Below, one piece after another: positions 39,081 to 44,658 of a stretch of DNA of 44,658 bases (position 1 is the first letter of the stretch; each line of letters begins with the position of its first letter). This DNA comes from Candidatus Coprovivens sp. (GTDB taxonomy: Bacteria > Bacillota_I > Bacilli_A > RF39 > UBA660): NCBI GenBank assembly GCA_051892935.1, contig JBJFGS010000036.1:68408-113065 (forward strand), given 5' to 3'. The notes under the pieces are model-generated. The model searched no databases, was not told where the DNA came from, and saw only the letters and a list, made by a program, of their open reading frames with translations. The translations under genes and the position numbers were made by a program.

Positions 39081-39995
39081 CTATTTATATAAAAGCTTTT
39101 TCCCAAAACCAGCAGTTACTTTATTATCCGATGTATAAACTAACTGTGTAGTATAAGGACATTCACAATCCTTAACCATTCTTGCATAAAACTCTACCAT
39201 CTTATCATTATTAGTTAAATAAACACCATCTACGCACTCACAATACTCTCCGCTATAAAAGTGATGCCCTAAATAAAAACTATCATCCAAATGACTAAAA
39301 ATATCATTAAAATTAATAAAGTGTTCTTTAGAATAATGATTACACTTCATCAAAGATACAAAACCATTCTTATATACACCAACATTCCCAACATAATCAA
39401 GCATTCTCTTAATATCATATAAATCATCTATATAATCTTTCATAACTAAAGTATTAATATTTATAATACGTTTATCATCTAATCCTTCTTGCAAAAACAC
39501 TATATCTTCTGTACTAGCAACATCCCTACTACCAAAGATTTGATAATTAATCTCATCATCATAATGATGTCTAGATATGTGGATAGATTCTAACTTATTA
39601 ACACATTCCATATTAAGAAACTCTCTTAAATTATAACCATTAGTACTAATAGCTACCTCTAAACTAGAATCAATACTATATATTATATTTAATAATAAAT
39701 TAACCTTACTAGGATCAATCATCGGTTCTCCACCAGTAATACTAATACCATGTAATACATTCTTATAGAGTAAATACCTAATAACAAACTCTAACTTTTT
39801 AAAATCAATATTTCCAAAATCTCTAGATTCTTTATTAGCACAAAACATACAATTAGCACTACATCCATCAGTTAACTTTATATAAAGTCTCAAAGATGGC
39901 TTTACTATCATAGTTTTACTTATATCTGTACTACACAAAGTATCTCTTACAATAATATCTTGGCCAAACAAATTGATAGTTTTCATAATTAACAA
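39081..39995 (-). CDS. Radical SAM protein
   Basis: CSANCMFC (CxxxCxxC), ITGGEP, STNG; additional C-terminal CEC motifs. Confidence 0.92.
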   Translation of the reverse strand: MLIMKTINLFGQDIIVRDTLCSTDISKTMIVKPSLRLYIKLTDGCSANCMFCANKESRDFGNIDFKKLEFVIRYLLYKNVLHGISITGGEPMIDPSKVNLLLNIIYSIDSSLEVAISTNGYNLREFLNMECVNKLESIHISRHHYDDEINYQIFGSRDVASTEDIVFLQEGLDDKRIININTLVMKDYIDDLYDIKRMLDYVGNVGVYKNGFVSLMKCNHYSKEHFINFNDIFSHLDDSFYLGHHFYSGEYCECVDGVYLTNNDKMVEFYARMVKDCECPYTTQLVYTSDNKVTAGFGKKLLYK

Positions 39996-40372
39996 CTCCT
40001 ATAACTTGGACTACAACCTCCACAACTTGATGATGTATCCCTTTGATAATGTTTATAATGTTTATCATCATATGCTGTTTGTCTTGTTTTTCCTAACTTT
40101 CTTACAGTATCTTTCTCTTCTTCTCTACCTTGTAAAATCATTGTAACATCAATATCTCCCAATTTATTTTTCAAAGCCATTAATTCATCAAGACAATCAA
40201 CTATAATATCTATATCATCTAAAGTAACACTACTAACCATTTTTGTAAGTTCTAAATAATCTTTAAACTTTATAATATTTTGTTTAATCAAATCTTTATC
40301 ATCATCTTTACTTTGATTTATTATTCTATTAATAAACTCTAATACATCTCCATATAAAAACATATTATTCAC
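39989..40372 (-). CDS. Hypothetical protein with Ser/Cys/Gly-rich C-terminal tail
   Basis: Ends HYKHYQRDTSSSCGGCSPSYRSC; overlaps or abuts both nadR and the radical SAM gene. Confidence 0.8.
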   Translation of the reverse strand: MNNMFLYGDVLEFINRIINQSKDDDKDLIKQNIIKFKDYLELTKMVSSVTLDDIDIIVDCLDELMALKNKLGDIDVTMILQGREEEKDTVRKLGKTRQTAYDDKHYKHYQRDTSSSCGGCSPSYRSC

Positions 40373-41378
40373 CTCTAATTAGCTCTAAAATTTTCTTTTT
40401 ACTACCTTCATATCTCTTTTGATAATCTCCACTAATAGTTACATATTCAATTCCATTTTTATCTAATAAAGCTTTTAAATCTAAATTATTCTTTTCTCTA
40501 ATACTTTGTTCCCCATAAGTTCTAGTGCCATCTTGTACCCATTCTACATCTGGTTCTAAGAAGATATACAAATCATAATTATTAAATACACTAATACCTT
40601 CAGCTATATTAGCAAAAACTTGATTAATAGGATCATCATCTTTAAAACCCAAATTATAATAATATAGTGTTATTAAAGAATCTGTATCAATTATCATTAC
40701 TTTATTAGCATAAGTTAATGCTTCTTTTTCAAGCTGTTTATGTTTAAATAAGATTTCAAAATAATGATATTTTTGCATATTATCTATTCCACCAGCTTCA
40801 TCACATATATATCTACCAGCTTCTTCTACATAAGTAGTATTAAAATACAAAGCTAAATTTCTCACCAAAGTAGATTTTCCACAACTCTCAGTACCAACAA
40901 TACATACTTTTTTTATATAATACCTTTGAACTATATTTGGTAAATAATCATAGTACTTATACGGATTACTTCTTATCTCAGTTGAAGATATATTAACAAT
41001 ATCTCTAGAAAAATAAACTATTTCAGACTCTGGATACAACATTTCCCAAATATTCTTTCCTTTATAATCATCTCCAGAAAATACTACATCTATTTTTTCA
41101 CCAATCGCTTTTTTTACATCTTTAGCCCCATTCTCCCAATCATAAGTATCTTTTGAACTATTATTATCAAATATTTCTATTACTTCAACATTATCCATGT
41201 GACTAGTAACTTCCTTTAACCACATTAGTCTTTCCCTATGATCTATTTCTTTTGAATCATTAGTAACACTAAGTATCACAAATAACTTTTTACATTGATT
41301 AGCAGACATAATAATATCATTTACATGACCCAAATGTAATGGATTAAAACTCCCTCCATACATTCCTACTCCATACAT
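40365..41378 (-). CDS. nadR: NadR-type NMN adenylyltransferase / nicotinamide riboside kinase (no HTH)
   Basis: GGSFNPLHLGH, ISSTEIR, GTESCGKST and WVQDGTR. Confidence 0.92.
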   Translation of the reverse strand: MYGVGMYGGSFNPLHLGHVNDIIMSANQCKKLFVILSVTNDSKEIDHRERLMWLKEVTSHMDNVEVIEIFDNNSSKDTYDWENGAKDVKKAIGEKIDVVFSGDDYKGKNIWEMLYPESEIVYFSRDIVNISSTEIRSNPYKYYDYLPNIVQRYYIKKVCIVGTESCGKSTLVRNLALYFNTTYVEEAGRYICDEAGGIDNMQKYHYFEILFKHKQLEKEALTYANKVMIIDTDSLITLYYYNLGFKDDDPINQVFANIAEGISVFNNYDLYIFLEPDVEWVQDGTRTYGEQSIREKNNLDLKALLDKNGIEYVTISGDYQKRYEGSKKKILELIRGE

Positions 41379-41379
41379 A

Positions 41380-42051
41380 CTAATTCTCCTTTGCTATTTT
41401 AGTCCAATTATAATAACCATAGAAAGCATTTATTAAATAAACAGCCCACATAGTTACCATTATAAAATCTCCAACTAATAACCACATTACAACAGTTATT
41501 ACATCTATAATAATCCATAATAACCATTGTTCCCTATATCTCATCATCATTAAAGCATTTGCAACTATACTAATTATAGTAGAAGCACTATCAAGTAACG
41601 TTCCATTACCACCAAGCATATCAAGAATAAATTTATACCCAAATATTCCAATAGTAATAACTACTAAGAAAATAATACTTTGTCTTATATTTAGTTTTTT
41701 ACCCTCAACACCATTAGTATCTTTATTAGTATGTTTATTCCATAAATAATAGCCTATAAATTGTGAAGGCAAATAATATAAAGCATTTAACATAACTTCA
41801 CCATAGTACCTATTTATCCAAGCTATAATAATATATCCAATTATATTTAATAATCCCCATATATATTGACTCTTCTTACCTTTTGCGCATAATACTACAC
41901 AAATTATTCCACATATAGCAGCTATACCATCAATTAATAAGTACCATATACTAACACCTTCACTAATAATAGAAAAATATATTGTAAATCCAATTACCGA
42001 TCCTATCATTATCCATTCAAATAAACTAAATTTCTCTAAAATTTTTCTCAT
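41380..42051 (-). CDS. pnuC: Nicotinamide riboside transporter PnuC
   Basis: Multi-TM; LDS..T, RYREQW.LWI..D and GYYNW. Confidence 0.92.
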   Translation of the reverse strand: MRKILEKFSLFEWIMIGSVIGFTIYFSIISEGVSIWYLLIDGIAAICGIICVVLCAKGKKSQYIWGLLNIIGYIIIAWINRYYGEVMLNALYYLPSQFIGYYLWNKHTNKDTNGVEGKKLNIRQSIIFLVVITIGIFGYKFILDMLGGNGTLLDSASTIISIVANALMMMRYREQWLLWIIIDVITVVMWLLVGDFIMVTMWAVYLINAFYGYYNWTKIAKEN

Positions 42052-42062
42052 CTCATAAACTC

Positions 42063-42644
42063 CTATTCATATAATTTATTTCTTTTTATATAATCTAAAA
42101 CATCTTTATCAATTAAATCTAATACACTATCCTTATTTTGTATTTTATTTCTAATATCAGTAGAAGATATATCTCTTTGTTCAATATCAGTTAAAACAAT
42201 GTTATCTTTATATACTTTAAACTTATCTAATAATTCATTAATATCTTCACCTTTTCTTTTAATAACAAGTATCTTATAATTACTTAATATCTCCTCACCA
42301 TTCATCCATTTATCCATATAACTTAAATTATCTGTTCCACATATGAAATATATTTCATCATCAGGATTTATCTTTTTAAAATAATTTAAAGTTTGATATG
42401 TATAAACAACTTTACTCTTCATTTCATAATCACTTACATCCAAATTGTTATTATTATTAACAATAATCTGTAACATTTCCAATCTATTTATATCCGGTAA
42501 TAAATTATTTTTATATTTATACTTACTTCCAGTAGGAACAAAAACAATTTTATCAACATAATGTTTATTAATTAAATCTAAACAAATACTTATATGCATT
42601 TTATGTGGTGGATTAAAGCTTCCTCCAAATATACCAATTCTCAT
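42063..42644 (-). CDS. nadD: Nicotinate-nucleotide adenylyltransferase
   Basis: IGIFGGSFNPPH..H, YTYQTL, FICG.D and ISSTDIR. Confidence 0.92.
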   Translation of the reverse strand: MRIGIFGGSFNPPHKMHISICLDLINKHYVDKIVFVPTGSKYKYKNNLLPDINRLEMLQIIVNNNNNLDVSDYEMKSKVVYTYQTLNYFKKINPDDEIYFICGTDNLSYMDKWMNGEEILSNYKILVIKRKGEDINELLDKFKVYKDNIVLTDIEQRDISSTDIRNKIQNKDSVLDLIDKDVLDYIKRNKLYE

Positions 42645-42658
42645 AATATTGCCTCTTC

Positions 42659-42683
42659 TGTTATTAATATTTTGTTAATAAGT
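42659..42683. promoter_or_regulatory. Palindromic operator copy 1 (candidate NrtR box)
   Basis: TGTTATTAA-tattttg-TTAATAAGT immediately upstream of nadD. Confidence 0.65.
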
Positions 42684-42695
42684 AATGTATAAAAA

Positions 42696-43112
42696 TTAAT
42701 AACCCTGTGGTACTTTATTCAATGTTTGATTCTTCTTTTTTTCAATATTAATAGTAATTCCCTTAAAAAATGCACTTTTTACTTCATGTTCATTCATTCC
42801 ATAACCTTCCCATCTACTATTAAGTCCATCATTTAAAGTAACATCAGTAACTCTAAGATCATATAAATTAAATAATGATATTAGAATCGTTTTTAGTTCA
42901 TCTTCTGTGATTGTCTGTTTTACTTCCTTTTTCATACCCATTATTTCAATAATTTCTGAAACAGTTATAGTAGTAACACACCCTTCTTCATCTCTCCAAC
43001 CTGTATATCCTTTTTTAGCATTAATAGAAGCTTTAACTTCTCTACTTTCTAACCTTTTATAATATTCTTCAATTAGTTTAGTTGTTTCTTCCTTAGTAAA
43101 ATCAATTTTCAT
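42696..43112 (-). CDS. Hypothetical protein, first gene of the NAD operon
   Basis: AGGAGG RBS; flanked by operator copies. Confidence 0.8.
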   Translation of the reverse strand: MKIDFTKEETTKLIEEYYKRLESREVKASINAKKGYTGWRDEEGCVTTITVSEIIEIMGMKKEVKQTITEDELKTILISLFNLYDLRVTDVTLNDGLNSRWEGYGMNEHEVKSAFFKGITINIEKKKNQTLNKVPQGY

Positions 43113-43128
43113 AACAATCCTCCTAATA

Positions 43129-43153
43129 TGTTATTTTCATTTTGTTAATAACA
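43129..43153. promoter_or_regulatory. Palindromic operator copy 2
   Basis: TGTTATTTT-cattttg-TTAATAACA. Confidence 0.6.
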
Positions 43154-43182
43154 CATATTATTTTTTTAAGAACATGTATTTC

Positions 43183-43226
43183 GTTCTTGTTATTAACATT
43201 ATATTAATAACAAGAACATTTGTCAA
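43183..43226 (-). promoter_or_regulatory. Consensus sigmaA promoter overlapped by operator copy 3
   Basis: Minus-strand TTGACA (43226-43221)-17-TATAAT (43203-43198); GTTCTTGTTATTAA-N7-TTAATAACAAGAAC is centred on the -10. Confidence 0.8.
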
Positions 43227-43272
43227 TATAAAATTACAAAAAAAAACATATATTATAAAATATATGTTAAAA

Positions 43273-43584
43273 CTAACTATATAAGTTTTGACTAGCATCA
43301 GCTTCTAATGATTGAGCAGTATCTTGAGTTGATTTGCTAGCACTAGCAATAGTATCAGCAAAATTTTGAACCAACGAAATGTAAGCTTCAAATCTTTGCT
43401 TCTTTAGATCCTCAAAAGTAGCTTCAAAAGTATCAGCAGCCGTACCAACAAAATCACCATTCATAATTAAAGTACGAACTACATTAGCAAAGTTTTCTAA
43501 ATCACTTTCCATGTTATTACGTCCGTTAACTATTTCTGTAACAGCATCACCAACACTACTAAATTTAATATTTGTATTAGCCAT
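43273..43584 (-). CDS. WXG100/ESAT-6-like protein
   Basis: About 103 aa helical hairpin, central GDFVGTAADTF; start reassigned to MANTNIK. Confidence 0.75.
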   Translation of the reverse strand: MANTNIKFSSVGDAVTEIVNGRNNMESDLENFANVVRTLIMNGDFVGTAADTFEATFEDLKKQRFEAYISLVQNFADTIASASKSTQDTAQSLEADASQNLYS

Positions 43585-43888
43585 TATTAGCACCACCTAC
43601 TCTAGTAATAATATCTTCTTCGTTTTCTTCTACTTTAGAAGCAGCTCTTGCACAATAATCTGCATACCCACAAATAGCATTATACATAGCCTCTAAATTT
43701 GGCCTTTGTTCAAATATTCTATTCGCAATAACAGTTGCTGCTGGACTTGTCCACTCACTTCCAACAAGTGTATCAACTACTAAAAACATTTTTTCATATT
43801 CACTTTTAAATGATTCTGCAGTCTGTCTAATTTTATTAGAACCATCACTTAAAGCACCTGTACGAGCTCCAAAAATATCTCCTGACAT
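43577..43888 (-). CDS. WXG100/ESAT-6-like protein
   Basis: About 103 aa, central SEWTSPAA, C-terminal YADY..AA..VEENEE; GGGAGG RBS; overlaps the next gene. Confidence 0.75.
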   Translation of the reverse strand: MSGDIFGARTGALSDGSNKIRQTAESFKSEYEKMFLVVDTLVGSEWTSPAATVIANRIFEQRPNLEAMYNAICGYADYCARAASKVEENEEDIITRVGGANNG

Positions 43889-43983
43889 TAATCTCATCCT
43901 CCCATATATTTCCTAATTAAAGTATATCAATTATTTTTTTATTTTCCAACAAAAATGTCAAATATTTAACATTAATAAACATT

Positions 43984-44571
43984 TTATTTAATTGTTACTA
44001 TTTCTCCAACAAGACCTTTATAAGAGTCAACATCCGCAGATCCTGATGTTAATTTTCCATAAGCAGAACTATCTGCTCCTGGCAATCCCTCTAATAATTC
44101 CATTAACTTTTTATATTTCTTTGCTTTTTCTTCAGCCGCATCCCTCTGTGATATCAAAGAACTTAAACTTGTTGTCTCTGTTTTAGAATCATAAGAATTA
44201 ATTCGACTATTTAAATTGTCAACACTTTGTTTAGCACTTTCATATTCTGCCTTAAAAGTATCATAATCATCGGTATCCAATTTACTCTCACCTTCCATAT
44301 AATCAGATAAAGATCTATTAGACTCCTTTATAGCATTTATTAAATTATCAGCAGCAGATATTCTATGATTCATTAATATTGAATAATTATTTAATTGCTT
44401 TCTAATAGCATCAAAAGAATCCCCTATTAAAACTTCTTGCGATGAAGAAATAAAGTCCTGAATAGCTCTTATTACAGCTTGAGCATCCTCTTTATCTTTC
44501 ATCAAATTATTTACTCCCACCGAACTATTTGCTGCTTCTAAATCTGACTTATTAACTAACATCATAACCAC
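43984..44571 (-). CDS. LXG-like helical protein
   Basis: All-helical; EVLIGDSFDAIR (LxG) at the hairpin turn. Confidence 0.6.
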   Translation of the reverse strand: MVMMLVNKSDLEAANSSVGVNNLMKDKEDAQAVIRAIQDFISSSQEVLIGDSFDAIRKQLNNYSILMNHRISAADNLINAIKESNRSLSDYMEGESKLDTDDYDTFKAEYESAKQSVDNLNSRINSYDSKTETTSLSSLISQRDAAEEKAKKYKKLMELLEGLPGADSSAYGKLTSGSADVDSYKGLVGEIVTIK

Positions 44572-44658
44572 CTTCCTTATTTACTTCTATTATACCTTCT
44601 ATCTTTTCACATTGTAAAACAAAATCTGTAGTTGTCATATTACTATAAGAAGTTTCTT

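Noticed and set aside
39081-39995. Prokaryotic viperin, MoaA or QueE assignment
   Set aside because: I cannot recognise family-specific motifs beyond the generic radical SAM ones; left unassigned pending a profile search.
2850-44186. Short overlapping ORFs in the track (2850, 3096, 6004, 11496, 19797, 21390, 22308, 22337, 23233, 23487, 28464, 29058, 29831, 30316, 43511, 43992)
   Set aside because: Antisense or out-of-frame shadows of well-supported genes or repeats, with no RBS or recognisable motifs.
1-44658. Alternative genetic code (UGA=Trp, Mollicutes-type)
   Set aside because: Conserved Trp positions use TGG, genes are intact under code 11, and some ORFs end in TGA.

Overview
A very AT-rich bacterial chromosome segment using the standard genetic code, with most genes on the minus strand. 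Gene content suggests a reduced-genome, spore-forming Bacilli lineage such as RF39/UBA660 (inference, not a database result). Recognisable housekeeping genes are gmk, ybaK, a cold-shock gene, htpG with a CIRCE box, fucO, an acyl-CoA ligase, two TetR regulators, tRNA-Trp and cwlJ. Three things stand out. (1) A dispersed type VII (WXG100/LXG-like) module set: an operon at 21794-24476 alternates helical-N-terminus cell-wall-hydrolase-like proteins with small WXG100-like partners, a paralogue at 31768 has a swapped C-terminal domain, and a second WXG/LXG cluster lies at 43273-44571. (2) An NAD-salvage operon (nadD-pnuC-nadR-cinA-nadK) contains a radical SAM gene coupled to a small protein with a Ser/Cys-rich tail. 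It is preceded by three copies of a TGTTATTAA-N7-TTAATAACA palindrome, a candidate NrtR operator, and nrtR, an ADP-ribosylhydrolase and ART-like genes lie nearby. (3) Features the ORF track missed: a large repeat-containing ORF at the left edge, a decayed IS110 element with its upstream non-coding end, a 33-aa basic ORF with its own expression signals, and an 11-bp periodic array next to an HTH gene.
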